DNA of 64,000 bases from Candidatus Saccharicenans sp. (GTDB lineage: Bacteria; Acidobacteriota; Aminicenantia; Aminicenantales; Saccharicenantaceae). The stretch is taken from assembly GCA_035416665.1 (NCBI GenBank), contig DAOLNQ010000003.1, forward strand, positions 7,475 to 71,474, given 5' to 3'. The notes beneath the pieces were generated by a model, which ran no database searches, was not told where the DNA came from, and was given only the letters and a program-made list of their open reading frames with translations. Positions 46,531 through 57,049 of the stretch are shown here, piece after piece. Position 1 is the first letter of the stretch. Each line of letters opens with the position of its first letter. A program made the translations under genes and the position numbers.

Positions 46531-47616
46531 ATGTTTGGGATAAATAGGTATCTGATGAGAAAAAATCTTGAGACCAAACGTCTTTCTTCTATGAAAATTA
46601 TCCTGGCGGTGACCTGTCTGTTTCTGACTATGACCGGTTGTCAGAAAGAACAGCTAAAAGAAGGACAATCCCTGGTCAGCTACCGCCTGGGTGTTCTTCT
46701 TGCCTATGATTCACCGTCAGCCAGGGAAGTCTTTCAGTCAATGAACAGAAAACTTCTTGAATATCAGCAAGGAAGACAGGAAATAATTGATATAGAATTG
46801 AAAGAGGCTCACGGCGATGTCTCCATTTTACCTGATCAGGCCAGGAAACTTGCCCCGGAGGTTGATCTAATTGTGGCTATCTCCACTCCGGCTCTGCAAG
46901 CAGCGATGATTGAAACCAGGAATATGCCAATTGTTTTTTCCGCGGTGGCTAATCCTTATATTATCAAGGCAGGAAGAACAGCTGTTGACCATGACCCACG
47001 GATTACCGGGGTTTGCTCCACCGCTCCTATCAAGCAGGTCATCGAACTTATCCACCAGGTAAAGCCGGAGGTCAGAAAAATTGGCACCATCTGGACACCT
47101 TCTGAGATAAACTCTGAATATTATTTGGGATTAATGGAAGAAGCTGCGGCCGAATATGGTCTGGAAGTGATGGTTCAACCAATTTCTGCTGCCCAGGACC
47201 TGGTTCAGGCTGTCCAGACCCTGGTCAGACAACAGGTGGAAGTTTTATTTCCTGTTTCGGATAATACTATTAATGCTAATTTCGATTTGATAGGTGAACT
47301 GGCCGAAGCCAATAGAATTCCACTTTTTGCAGCTTTTTCGACCGGAGCCGAATTCGGGGCGTGCGCCTCCCTGGGTTTTGATTTCACCGATATCGGGATA
47401 AAGACAGCTGAGCTGGTTATCAGGATAAAGGAAGGTGAAAGTCCGGCCCGCATTCCATTCCAGTATATTGATCGGTTGAGATTCTTTATCAACGAAGAGG
47501 CTGCTCAAAAACAGGGGGTAAAATTTCCAGAAAAAATTATTAAAAAAGCTGATCGTCTGGTTTCAACCCGGGCCAGGCGAGAGATTCCATCCCTGGCCGA
47601 ATTAGGAAGTGCATAA
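46531..47616 (+). CDS. ABC transporter substrate-binding lipoprotein (ABC_sub_bind / BMP-like family)
   Basis: 361 aa. A lipobox-like LTMTGC follows a signal peptide, and the fold is periplasmic-binding-like. The true start may be an internal Met. Confidence 0.6.
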   Translation: MFGINRYLMRKNLETKRLSSMKIILAVTCLFLTMTGCQKEQLKEGQSLVSYRLGVLLAYDSPSAREVFQSMNRKLLEYQQGRQEIIDIELKEAHGDVSILPDQARKLAPEVDLIVAISTPALQAAMIETRNMPIVFSAVANPYIIKAGRTAVDHDPRITGVCSTAPIKQVIELIHQVKPEVRKIGTIWTPSEINSEYYLGLMEEAAAEYGLEVMVQPISAAQDLVQAVQTLVRQQVEVLFPVSDNTINANFDLIGELAEANRIPLFAAFSTGAEFGACASLGFDFTDIGIKTAELVIRIKEGESPARIPFQYIDRLRFFINEEAAQKQGVKFPEKIIKKADRLVSTRARREIPSLAELGSA

Positions 47617-49961
47617 TGAAAATAAAAAGATTTATAGGGCAGGTCTTTCTCTCATTTTTGTTACTGGTCCTTGGTCTGGCTGCCGGACTATATTTTTTAT
47701 TATCTTCTTCCCAGCCTAAAACTCAAGAGAGCCTGGTCATGGAGGGGCTCCAGGCCGAGGTCTCGGTTACCTGGGATCGGTGGGGTGGGCCTCACCTTAA
47801 AGCTCAAAGCGAAGAAGACCTCTTTCTGGCTGCCGGCTATATCCAGGCCAGAGAACGACTATGGCAAATGGAGCTGTTCAGGCGTCTGGCTAAGGGACGT
47901 CTGTCTGAAATCGTGGGAGAAGCTGGCCTGAATTATGACCTGAGGAGCCGGGTCCTGGGGCTACCTGTGGCTATCGAGCGCGACCTGGAAAAACTGCCAG
48001 AAAAGATGAAGATGATTTTTTCAGCTTATGCCAGGGGAGTCAATGCTTACATCCGCCAGAGAAAATGGGATTGGCCACCAGAATTTATTTTGCTCCGCTT
48101 TAGACCGGAGCCCTGGACGGTTGAAGACAGCCTGTCTATAAAACATCTTCTGGCCATGTATCTGGCCGCGGATTACACCTCAGAGCTGGCCAGAATAAAC
48201 CTGATCAGAGCAGCTGGGCCCAAGGCGGTTGAACTGCTTGAACCCGGACTGAATCTTCTACCCGATCCAGAAGTCAAGCTGGATGTTCTTAATTTCGGTC
48301 TGACAGAACTTATAGATCAACCCGGGGCCGGTTCCAATAATTGGGTCATCGCTGGAAATCTCACTGCTACCGGTCAGCCTTTTCTGGCTAATGATCCTCA
48401 TCTCATGATCAATGTCCCGCCGATCTGGCTGGAAATGGGGCTGGAGTGCCAGGAATTTAAGGTCAGTGGTCTGACCATTCCTGGCGTCCCGCTGGTGATT
48501 ATCGGTCATAACCAGCATCTGGCCTGGGGTATAACTAATTCTTATGCTGATGTTCAGGACCTGTATATTGAAAACATTAATTGGGAGAAAAAATCCTACC
48601 TGCGTCAGAATGAATGGAAACCTCTAACCGAAAGGAACGAAACCATTAAAATCAGAGGGAAAAAGAATCCCAGAATAATAACCGTTAGCTGGACAGAAGA
48701 AGGGCCGATTCTTAATCCTTTCCTCTTAAATTGCGAACTGCCTATTTCTCTGCGCTGGACTCTGTATGAAGGTGACCGAACCGCCGAGGGCTTGTATTTG
48801 ATCAATACAGCCAGCGATTGGTCTGATTTTTCTCAGGGAGCAGAACTTTTCGATAATCCTTCTCAAAATTTTGTTTATGCCGATACAGGCGGGAATATTG
48901 GCTATTATCTCTCCGGAAAAATTCCAATAAGATCAAAGGAAAGTGCGATCTATCCTTATCCTGGCTGGCGGGAAGCCAGCAACTGGAGCGGTTATTTAAG
49001 GCCTGAGGATAAGCCGAATATTTATAATCCACCATCTGGCCTGATTGTGACTGCCAATAATAATATTATGCCTGAAAATTATTCTCATTATCTGGGCTTT
49101 GACTGGATATCACCCGATCGAAAAAATAGAATCGAAGAGTTGCTTCAGGCTAACAGCCAGAACTCACTCCAGGAAATGACGGCCATTCAGAATGATGTCT
49201 TCTCCAGGCGGGCGGCCAGGCTCAAACAGGTCCTGAGCCAGATTAAAATGAGCGATTCGGCGGCGGAAGAGGCCAGGCAGATCCTGCTCCAGTGGTCAGG
49301 TGAGGTAAAAGAGGGACTGGCTCCGGCTATCTATGAAGTTTACTGGAAAAAACTGGAAGAGCTGACTTTTAGTGATGATTTCAGCTTTTATTATCAAGAT
49401 CTTATCAGATACATGGAGAGTCGGCAGGCCGGGCTGGAAAGAATTCTTGACCAGCCAGACTCTACCTGGTTTGATCGAAGCGAAACGCCGGCTAAAGAAA
49501 CCAGAGATGACATCATGGAAAAAGCCATGCTGGAAGCTTTAAAGGAATTGACTCAAACATTTGGTAAAAACAAGAACAAGTGGGACTGGGCCAAACTCCA
49601 TGGCCTGAGCTATAAACATACCCTGGGACAAAAATGGTATTTAAGCTTTTTAAACATTGGTCAATATCCGATGATTGGCGATGGCCAGACTGTCCGGGCC
49701 AGTCATAGCGGGCTCAACTATAAAACGGTGGCTGGAGCCTCCGGTCGGCTGGTTTTTGATTTAGGCGATTTTGACCGCTCGCTCTCGGTTTTAACCTCAG
49801 GGGAAAGTGGTCATTTTCTAAGTCCACATTATGATGACCAGGTTTCACTTTACCTTAACAGCCTTTATCACCCGCTCAGCTTTTCCGACGGGGCCAGGAA
49901 TGAGGTTAAAGAAAGCCTGACCAGGTTGGTTCCAAAAATCAATCGGACCAAGAAAACTTAA
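47616..49961 (+). CDS. penicillin amidase / acyl-homoserine-lactone acylase family (S45 Ntn-hydrolase)
   Basis: 781 aa. An N-terminal signal/TM segment is present. The GSNNWVIAG autoprocessing site places the nucleophile Ser at the beta-subunit N-terminus. The start overlaps the stop of the upstream SBP gene. Confidence 0.8.
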   Translation: MKIKRFIGQVFLSFLLLVLGLAAGLYFLLSSSQPKTQESLVMEGLQAEVSVTWDRWGGPHLKAQSEEDLFLAAGYIQARERLWQMELFRRLAKGRLSEIVGEAGLNYDLRSRVLGLPVAIERDLEKLPEKMKMIFSAYARGVNAYIRQRKWDWPPEFILLRFRPEPWTVEDSLSIKHLLAMYLAADYTSELARINLIRAAGPKAVELLEPGLNLLPDPEVKLDVLNFGLTELIDQPGAGSNNWVIAGNLTATGQPFLANDPHLMINVPPIWLEMGLECQEFKVSGLTIPGVPLVIIGHNQHLAWGITNSYADVQDLYIENINWEKKSYLRQNEWKPLTERNETIKIRGKKNPRIITVSWTEEGPILNPFLLNCELPISLRWTLYEGDRTAEGLYLINTASDWSDFSQGAELFDNPSQNFVYADTGGNIGYYLSGKIPIRSKESAIYPYPGWREASNWSGYLRPEDKPNIYNPPSGLIVTANNNIMPENYSHYLGFDWISPDRKNRIEELLQANSQNSLQEMTAIQNDVFSRRAARLKQVLSQIKMSDSAAEEARQILLQWSGEVKEGLAPAIYEVYWKKLEELTFSDDFSFYYQDLIRYMESRQAGLERILDQPDSTWFDRSETPAKETRDDIMEKAMLEALKELTQTFGKNKNKWDWAKLHGLSYKHTLGQKWYLSFLNIGQYPMIGDGQTVRASHSGLNYKTVAGASGRLVFDLGDFDRSLSVLTSGESGHFLSPHYDDQVSLYLNSLYHPLSFSDGARNEVKESLTRLVPKINRTKKT

Positions 49962-50076
49962 TTATATAAATCATCAACCTGTCGTTAGCCGCAGATTATA
50001 ACTTTATCAAGGGAAGGTGTTCTGACACCTCTTCCAGCTCTTATTTTTTCTGCTTGTAGTATGTTAAAATCTTGTC

Positions 50077-50361
50077 ATGAAAGCCAGGTTGCATGCTTAT
50101 ATTTCCGGTCGGGTGCAGGGAGTTGGGTTCCGTTTTTTAGCCCAGCATGTGGCCAGGATGCTGGGGTTAACTGGCTGGGTGAGAAACCTGTATGATGGTC
50201 GGGTTGAAGTGGTGGCGGAAGGCGAATGTGAGCAGCTGGAACAATTCCTGGCCGAATTAAGGAAGGGGCCAAGATTGGCCAGGATAGAAAAGGTGGAGGT
50301 TTTCTGGGAAGAATATAGAGGAGAGTTTTCTGAGTTTTCAGTTGAATTTTCAGGCTATTGA
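50077..50361 (+). CDS. acyP: acylphosphatase
   Basis: 94 aa. The motifs VQGVGFR and [13 protein letters not shown] are typical of acylphosphatase. Confidence 0.8.
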   Translation: MKARLHAYISGRVQGVGFRFLAQHVARMLGLTGWVRNLYDGRVEVVAEGECEQLEQFLAELRKGPRLARIEKVEVFWEEYRGEFSEFSVEFSGY

Positions 50362-50371
50362 CTGTCGATCT

Positions 50372-50638
50372 TTATTGTTTCTTTTTTCTTTCCTGAATAA
50401 ATTTTTGACGGCAGGCTGGTGAGCAAAAATAATAAGTATGTCCGTCTTTAACTTCCTTCAATGCTTCATCTTCCGGTATGTAGGTATTGCACATCTCATC
50501 TTTGACCATCACTTTACTGCCAGGCTGAGTTCGCTTCCGGTATTTCTGTGGGCTGGTTTCTCCCAGTCTTTGAAAAAACTTGACTAGTCGGTAAATGATA
50601 TAAAAAAGGATGCTTATCAGGATGATGCGGCCAAGCAT
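50372..50638 (-). CDS. YHS-domain membrane-anchored protein
   Basis: 88 aa. An N-terminal TM helix is present. The C-terminal motif HTYYFCSPACRQKF is a YHS/TRASH-type motif. Confidence 0.6.
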   Translation of the reverse strand: MLGRIILISILFYIIYRLVKFFQRLGETSPQKYRKRTQPGSKVMVKDEMCNTYIPEDEALKEVKDGHTYYFCSPACRQKFIQERKKKQ

Positions 50639-50963
50639 TCTTCCAATTTATCTGATCGACTCATTTCTGTCAAATAAGAGTTCAATCTGACTGATTTTGA
50701 GCAGCTTGCTATAAAGGCTAATACTTTGTATAGTGGTAAAAACCTATGAGCTATCGCCTGCAGTCAGTTTTAAAGGCAGCTGTCCTGAACCTGAGCCTGG
50801 CCAAGCAAAATTGGCCATTTACTATCACTTTCCAGATCGACCAGGTCGGATAAAAACCAAAGGACGGGTAAGAGAACCAGGCGGGTGGAACCTGAAGATA
50901 GTCAGCCGCTGCCTGCCGGGCCGGGTTTTAGCCATTAATGGCAATTTAGTCTAAGGAGAAAAA

Positions 50964-51929
50964 ATGAAACTCAGAGATTTTTATGAAAGGGCAGTGGCCA
51001 CGGGCATCAAAAATGATTTACGCCCGCCTCAGGAAATTACCAGACTGCTTGAGACTCAAAAGGGAAAGTACCAGAAGTTAAGCAAGGAAGAAAAGGAAGA
51101 GTTTGACCTCGATGTACTTTTTAATCCTTATGCTGACAGCCGGATACTGACTGGCGATCCCGAACTGGAAGTCAAGCAGCTGCTGGCTGGAATTGATATG
51201 GAAGTGGGCGAAGTGCTGCTGGCCCATGTGCTGAATAAGGAGCGACCAGATAAGTTCGATTTGATTCTGGCCCACCATCCAGAGGGTCGAGCCCTGGCCC
51301 AGCTTTACCAGGTGATGGAACTTCAGGTTGACCTTTACATTCAGGCAGGTGTCACTCCCAGTCTGGCCGAACAGTTGATGGAGAAACGAAAAGCCGAAGT
51401 TGAGAGAAGGTTTCTGCCGCTCAATCACCAACGGACTGTAGATGTAGCCCGCCTTCTCCATCTACCGATGATCTGCCTCCATACGGTCGCTGACAATTGT
51501 GTAGCCAGATATCTTACTGACCTTTTTGAGCAAAAACAGCCGGCCAGGCTCAAAGATGTCCTGACCATCTTGAAGGAAATTCCAGAATATAAAAAATCCA
51601 GTCGGCAGGCTGTGCCGCCGCGTCTTCTCCATGGTTCAGAGGATGGCCGGGCAGGGAAAATTTATGTCGATATGACCGGTGGGACAGAAGGGCCAAAGGA
51701 CATTTTCAGTCAGCAGGTAGCGGCCGGTGTCAGCACTCTGGTTGGGATGCATTTCAGTGAAGAAGCACTGGACAAATGCAAGTCAGCCAGACTTAACGTA
51801 ATTGTCGCCGGGCACATGGCTTCTGATACTCTTGGTCTTAACCTGCTCCTGGACCAGATTGAAAGGGAAGCAAATGAGGAACTGAAGGTGACCGGCATTT
51901 CCGGTTTTGAGAGAATTAAACATCTCTGA
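50964..51929 (+). CDS. Nif3-like dinuclear metal centre protein (tentative)
   Basis: 321 aa. LILAHHPEGRAL and VIVAGHMASDTLG resemble the HHP and GHxxxE metal-ligand motifs of the Nif3/YqfO family, but the overall similarity is weak. Confidence 0.45.
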   Translation: MKLRDFYERAVATGIKNDLRPPQEITRLLETQKGKYQKLSKEEKEEFDLDVLFNPYADSRILTGDPELEVKQLLAGIDMEVGEVLLAHVLNKERPDKFDLILAHHPEGRALAQLYQVMELQVDLYIQAGVTPSLAEQLMEKRKAEVERRFLPLNHQRTVDVARLLHLPMICLHTVADNCVARYLTDLFEQKQPARLKDVLTILKEIPEYKKSSRQAVPPRLLHGSEDGRAGKIYVDMTGGTEGPKDIFSQQVAAGVSTLVGMHFSEEALDKCKSARLNVIVAGHMASDTLGLNLLLDQIEREANEELKVTGISGFERIKHL

Positions 51930-51977
51930 GTTTTGGACCTCATCTGTTTTGAATTTAAAGTCGGTTGATACCTGACT

Positions 51978-52487
51978 TCACTCTGACTGAGCAGCCAGGC
52001 TTAATATCCAGCGAGCAAAAGACCGGGCATCATCCAGATCATTCTGGTCGGGATGATGCCGGGCAGTGACTGCCATTTCTGTCCACAACTCATGCTCGGG
52101 AGACCGGCTGAGTATTTCTATAGCTTCAGGGGAAACCTGGCCGCGGGAGGTAAAAGTGCCCAATATTCTGGCTTTTCCGGCCAGAATTAAAGCCTCTTCC
52201 AGTGCCTCGCGTGATAACCTGGTGCCTGGAATTGAGCCATGAGTCATAAAAATAGCAATTTTCTGGCCAGGGGGCAGCTGCCGAAGAAAATTATCTACCG
52301 GATAAGGAACACTATGAGAATGAACCGGGAAACCGATAAAAACCAGGTCATAATCGGCAACAGATTTTGCTTCTTTTATCTCAGCCAGTTTTTTTAATTC
52401 CTTGGGCTGGGGTAAGGCCTCATAGATAGCCTCGGCTACCTTTTTGGTATTGCCTGTCTGGCTGAAGTAGATGACCAAGCTTTTCAT
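51978..52487 (-). CDS. flavodoxin
   Basis: 169 aa. The N-terminus MKSLVIYFSQTGNTKKVAEAI is the flavodoxin FMN phosphate-binding loop. Confidence 0.75.
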   Translation of the reverse strand: MKSLVIYFSQTGNTKKVAEAIYEALPQPKELKKLAEIKEAKSVADYDLVFIGFPVHSHSVPYPVDNFLRQLPPGQKIAIFMTHGSIPGTRLSREALEEALILAGKARILGTFTSRGQVSPEAIEILSRSPEHELWTEMAVTARHHPDQNDLDDARSFARWILSLAAQSE

Positions 52488-52616
52488 TTAATTTCTCCAC
52501 ACTGATCAGATTTCAGATTATACCATTTTGTCTGAATAGCCATAATATTTTATTTAACCGGTGCCTGATTATAATAATTTGAAGGCCAGAAAAAGCCAGT
52601 TGCCCCAGGGCCATAA

Positions 52617-55600
52617 TCAGCCAGACTGATGATCAACTACCCGCGGAAAAGTTAGCATCACCTTTGTCCCCAGCCCTGGCTGGCTTTCAATTTTAATTGA
52701 TCCTCCATTCTCTTCCACAATTCTTTTGCAGATGGCCAGTCCCAGGCCGGTGCCTTTTTCCTTGGTTGAGAAATAGGGATCGAAAACGCGCTCGAGGATA
52801 TCGGCTGGAATTCCGCTTCCATTGTCTTTAATTTCCAGTTTGATGGCCTCAGGTTGTGCTTCCAGGGTAAATTCGATCTGTCCTTTGCCTTTAATGGCTT
52901 CAATCGAGTTAATCAGTAAATTGCGAATAGCTACCTTTATTTTTTCCCGGTCGGCAGTCAGCCCAAAATCTTCTCCAGACTTCTTAAGAATGATACTGAT
53001 CCGCCCTTCCAGAGTGCTTTGGTAAGGCTCAAGCAATTCCTCCACCAGCTTGACCAGATCAAATTTTTCACGATGTGAATCTGATTCCCTGGCAATCGTC
53101 ATAAATTCCTGAGCTATTCGCCTCAGGTTTTCCACTTCTGAGATTATGTATGAAATCGATTCTTTAAGAATACGATCAAATTCTGGATGCTGATCTTCAT
53201 GAACCTTGAGGATATGTTCAGCTGACAGCTGGATAGGAGTCAGTGGATTCTTAATTTCATGAGCTACCCGCCTGGCCATTTCCGCCCAGGCCACTTTCTG
53301 ACTGAGTTCAGCCAGTTCTTTTTCATGTGCTTTCAGATTTTCAACCATGCTGTTAAAGCCATCGATTAAGCTTTTTAATTCGTCCTGAGCCTGATGATCA
53401 ACTTTTACGTCGAGATTGCCCAGGCCAACTTCCTGGGTAGCGCTGATTAATTTATTAATCGGAATGATGATCATCTTTTTGATGGTGCTGGCAAAAAAGG
53501 CAATTAGACCAATAAAGAATATTGAGGAGAAAATAAAAAACTCCAGCAGTTCGCCGGTAGCCTGCGATATTTCCTGTCTTTCAAAGGGGAAGGGCAGGCT
53601 CAAAAGATAAATTTCCTGCTGATATTGATAGGGGATGGTGAGAGTCTGGTAAGAAAATTGCCCAAATGATTTTCGGCTGACGGCCAGAGGCTGATGGCCA
53701 AAGATAATCCGACTGTAAACCTCACCGTCAATCAGATCAGATAAAATCCCAGTTTCAAAAAACTCCCGGCGGCTGGAGGAAACAAATACTCCTTTTCGAT
53801 AAAGGTTGACATCATTATTGATAGTAGAACTGATCCAGAAAACCAGATCCTCGGGTAAATCGACCGGCTGTTGCTCAGCTGACTCAGGCAGACTGGTAAA
53901 ATCATAGAGGATACTGCGTGCAAAATAGGCTCGGCTGGTAGCTTCGTTGACAAAACGATCGGCGAATATTCTTTCGACCATGGCCTGGGTAAAAAAGATA
54001 AAGAAAAAGAGGGGGACGATAGCCACAGTAAAAAAGGCTAAATATACCCTGGCTGAAAAAGAATGGAGATCAGGCCTCCATTCTTTTCTTCTGGCAGCCA
54101 TCGGGATGAAAAGCAAAAAAGAAAAAATCATCAAGAGAAAGAAAAGCTTAAGAAAACCAGTAATCAGCTGCCGGCTTGATTCTGCTGGCTGATAGAAAGC
54201 ATAAAAATGGTCATTGCCGAGAGTCAGGCAATAAGCGTGATAATTTTTGCCGTTAATGTTGAGAAGAGTCCAGAGACCAGCCGGTTGCCCTTTTATCTTT
54301 TGTCTGAGCTCAGGGGTAAGAGAGAAAACCGGCTGCGATTGACGAAAGAGTGGCTGGCCTTCTGCATCAAAAATGGCCAGGGAAACAGGAAAGTGCTGAA
54401 GGGAAGGAAGGGTATTTAATCGCAGAAGCTCAAAATAAGGATTGGCAGTATTTATGAAGGGCAAGAGGGTTGGGTCGAGACTGACCCAGATAACCAGCCG
54501 GCCAGAAATTTCAGTCTCAATGGCGAAATCCTGGTAGCCGATTAAAAAATGACGCTCTTGACCTAGAATTTCCAGATATTGCTCGGTATAAACAGGCTCA
54601 ACTGACACTTCCAGATCGTCAGTCTGGTCAGCAAAAATCGGCATGTTCAGGGCGAATGATGATAATACCTTTCGATCATTGGACTGGAGATAAAGACAGG
54701 AATTCCAGTTGAGTCTGGCCAGGTAGGTTTTGTTCCAGAGTGAACGGGCAAAATCCTGGTCAGCTGGATAACGGAAAAAAGCATCGATATCCCTGATCTC
54801 TCTTTGTAGCTCCAGAAGCGATTGTTTCAGGGCCATTTCTGCCCAGGTCTTCTGCGAAGAAACCAGATGGACAAGAACATCCTGAGTAAGTTGCCTGGTT
54901 TTTTTAGCGGTAAAGTTTCGAGCGAAAGTGAACTGAACAAGAGCAATAAGAAACAAAGCCAGTACCAGATAGGTCCCCGGTCTCCTGACTAAAACAGCCA
55001 GACAATAAAGCATCAGCAAGAACAACACTGCCAGGAGCGATCCCCATCCAGCCTGTCGGAAAACCAGCTGGGCCAGCCACCCGAACAATACAATTGAGAC
55101 TAAACCGACTACTCGGAAAATTGTTCCTGGCCAGCCAGTCAAAAATATCCTTCTTAAAATAAGAAGAGGAAAGAAGATAAAGCTCAATCCAGCCAGGAAC
55201 AGGCTAAAATAGATCAAAAGTGCGGCTAGACCAAAATTATACTGGATCAAATTATAACTGGTACTGGCCACTATTTTTTTCAGAGTCCAGATAAAGATCT
55301 GAAAGCCCAGGACTAAAAGAAGAGTCCCGGTCAGGACGGCCAGGACTTTATGTCTGTTGCTGGCTGAGGTCAGGCGCTGTTGCCAGGACCAGGAATTGGG
55401 GCCAGCCCAGTTTTTAAGGGTTTTAAGGCTGGCGGCTCCCAAAAAGAAAATCAAAAGGCTGGTCAAAAAAATATCGCCAGGAGAACTGGTTAGATTGCCA
55501 AGAGTTTTAAAACCCGCTTCCTGGGGAGAAAAAACGGACCAATAAATAAACGGCTTGACTGCTGTCAAAAGCAATAGCAGATATCTTATAGCTATAAGCC

Positions 55601-56540
55601 CAATTATGGCTAATAGCCAGTCGACCGGTTTCCCCGTCCAGAAAGACCGGGTCCGGGGCTGACCAAGCCAGAATAAAAAGGAAATCAAGGCTAATATGGC
55701 CAGAACGATAGCCAGGATTTTGATTATCTGGTCTGGATTTAACCTCTGGCCTTCCAGACGATAAGAATTTAAGGTCACCGTGGCCAGAATTTTGCCTTTT
55801 TCGTTTCTCAGCGGGAAATAAAGTGTCCGGCTTTCCCGTTCTTCTCTTTGTTGACTCAGATAAGCATCCTGATTTCGTTCAAATAGACGGTCGAGGGCTT
55901 CTGTCTCATGATAATATTCCCAGAAATCAATATCGGCCCCTGTCTTTTTGAGTGATTTTAACCTGAGATACTGACGCAAATAGGATGATTCAAACTGGGG
56001 TTCAAAAGCCAGCAACTCAAAAATGGCCAGATAGCTATTTTGGCCAGCAGCCTTTAGACTAACCAGATAAGCGGAAGCCTTATCCTGAATCACAAAGCTT
56101 CCGGCCAGAAGATCGGCTAAAAATTTATCCTGACTTGCCGCTAAAGGTTTTAAATTAGCCACACTTCCATACCAGACCTCAGGATTAAGTTTCTCATCAA
56201 AGCTGGCGACTCCTTCCAGAGCTGGATTGAGGTTTTTATCCCTGAAAAATTCAAATCTCGCTCCTGGATCAGAAGGCAAAGCCTGGGCTGCAAATTGAGC
56301 TTGCCTTTTCTGCAGACGATCGAGAAGGCGGGAAAAATCATGCTGAATATCCCTTCTGGCCCGGCTTAAATTAGAAAGGGTAGCTTTTTCAGAAATAGAG
56401 CCAGGCCGGTTAACCCAGAAAGCAGAAATTAAAGCCAGGATGATCGACAAAATAACTAAAATAATGGTCAGGCGCAGCAGGCACTGTCCCTGGCCCTTTA
56501 AAGCTTCAGGCCAGAACCGTAAGCTTGACTGGCGGCTCAT
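52617..56540 (-). CDS. large polytopic sensor histidine kinase (1307 aa), orphan
   Basis: There are many TM helices in the N-terminal 1000 residues. The HisKA H-box is AHEIKNPLTPIQLSAEHI. The HATPase_c motifs are present (NLLINSIEA, DNGSGIP, GTGLGLAICKRIVEENGGSI). No response regulator gene was found within the window. Confidence 0.8.
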   Translation of the reverse strand: MSRQSSLRFWPEALKGQGQCLLRLTIILVILSIILALISAFWVNRPGSISEKATLSNLSRARRDIQHDFSRLLDRLQKRQAQFAAQALPSDPGARFEFFRDKNLNPALEGVASFDEKLNPEVWYGSVANLKPLAASQDKFLADLLAGSFVIQDKASAYLVSLKAAGQNSYLAIFELLAFEPQFESSYLRQYLRLKSLKKTGADIDFWEYYHETEALDRLFERNQDAYLSQQREERESRTLYFPLRNEKGKILATVTLNSYRLEGQRLNPDQIIKILAIVLAILALISFLFWLGQPRTRSFWTGKPVDWLLAIIGLIAIRYLLLLLTAVKPFIYWSVFSPQEAGFKTLGNLTSSPGDIFLTSLLIFFLGAASLKTLKNWAGPNSWSWQQRLTSASNRHKVLAVLTGTLLLVLGFQIFIWTLKKIVASTSYNLIQYNFGLAALLIYFSLFLAGLSFIFFPLLILRRIFLTGWPGTIFRVVGLVSIVLFGWLAQLVFRQAGWGSLLAVLFLLMLYCLAVLVRRPGTYLVLALFLIALVQFTFARNFTAKKTRQLTQDVLVHLVSSQKTWAEMALKQSLLELQREIRDIDAFFRYPADQDFARSLWNKTYLARLNWNSCLYLQSNDRKVLSSFALNMPIFADQTDDLEVSVEPVYTEQYLEILGQERHFLIGYQDFAIETEISGRLVIWVSLDPTLLPFINTANPYFELLRLNTLPSLQHFPVSLAIFDAEGQPLFRQSQPVFSLTPELRQKIKGQPAGLWTLLNINGKNYHAYCLTLGNDHFYAFYQPAESSRQLITGFLKLFFLLMIFSFLLFIPMAARRKEWRPDLHSFSARVYLAFFTVAIVPLFFFIFFTQAMVERIFADRFVNEATSRAYFARSILYDFTSLPESAEQQPVDLPEDLVFWISSTINNDVNLYRKGVFVSSSRREFFETGILSDLIDGEVYSRIIFGHQPLAVSRKSFGQFSYQTLTIPYQYQQEIYLLSLPFPFERQEISQATGELLEFFIFSSIFFIGLIAFFASTIKKMIIIPINKLISATQEVGLGNLDVKVDHQAQDELKSLIDGFNSMVENLKAHEKELAELSQKVAWAEMARRVAHEIKNPLTPIQLSAEHILKVHEDQHPEFDRILKESISYIISEVENLRRIAQEFMTIARESDSHREKFDLVKLVEELLEPYQSTLEGRISIILKKSGEDFGLTADREKIKVAIRNLLINSIEAIKGKGQIEFTLEAQPEAIKLEIKDNGSGIPADILERVFDPYFSTKEKGTGLGLAICKRIVEENGGSIKIESQPGLGTKVMLTFPRVVDHQSG

Positions 56541-56975
56541 TTAACGCCTCTCCGCCCTTATTTCTTTTATGATAAATTTGGTAACCTCATTCCCAGGCTG
56601 CTCATTGACTGGTGTCAGATAAAAATAAAGCCAGAAAAGATATTTGCGCCCGGTAGCTTTATCAATAAAAGACCAGCGCGCCTGAATAATCATTCCCTGA
56701 CGGTCGGCCACAATTTGATTGGCCGGGTCAAGAATAAATTCGACAGTTGAGGTTCTATCCAGGATGCCGGTCAGCAGGAGCAAACTCTGAGCAGGAGAAA
56801 AGCAATCTGAAATCAGGATTGGCTCCGGTAAAGTAATCAGAGTTGGTGAATCCGAGGAAATCAGGGCAGGTAACAGGGCAGAATTATTCTGAAGAAAGCA
56901 CCTGTCAAGCGTCACCGTGAACTGGGACAGAACAGCCAGGATAAAACTTACCACACCGGTCAGAACATAACTCAC
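56541..56975 (-). CDS. hypothetical membrane-anchored protein co-transcribed with sensor kinase
   Basis: 144 aa with an N-terminal TM helix. Its stop directly abuts the start of the kinase gene. Confidence 0.5.
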   Translation of the reverse strand: MSYVLTGVVSFILAVLSQFTVTLDRCFLQNNSALLPALISSDSPTLITLPEPILISDCFSPAQSLLLLTGILDRTSTVEFILDPANQIVADRQGMIIQARWSFIDKATGRKYLFWLYFYLTPVNEQPGNEVTKFIIKEIRAERR

Positions 56976-57049
56976 TTTTTCCTGACTTTTTTGAGCTTAA
57001 CTATATCTATTTCTAGCTGGTCGTGATGCCTGATAAAGATTTTTATAAG

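Noticed and set aside
50733-50954. A 73-aa ORF upstream of the Nif3-like gene
   Set aside because: It has no RBS and an unusual composition, and sits in the intergenic promoter region. It could be a leader peptide, but there is no support for that.
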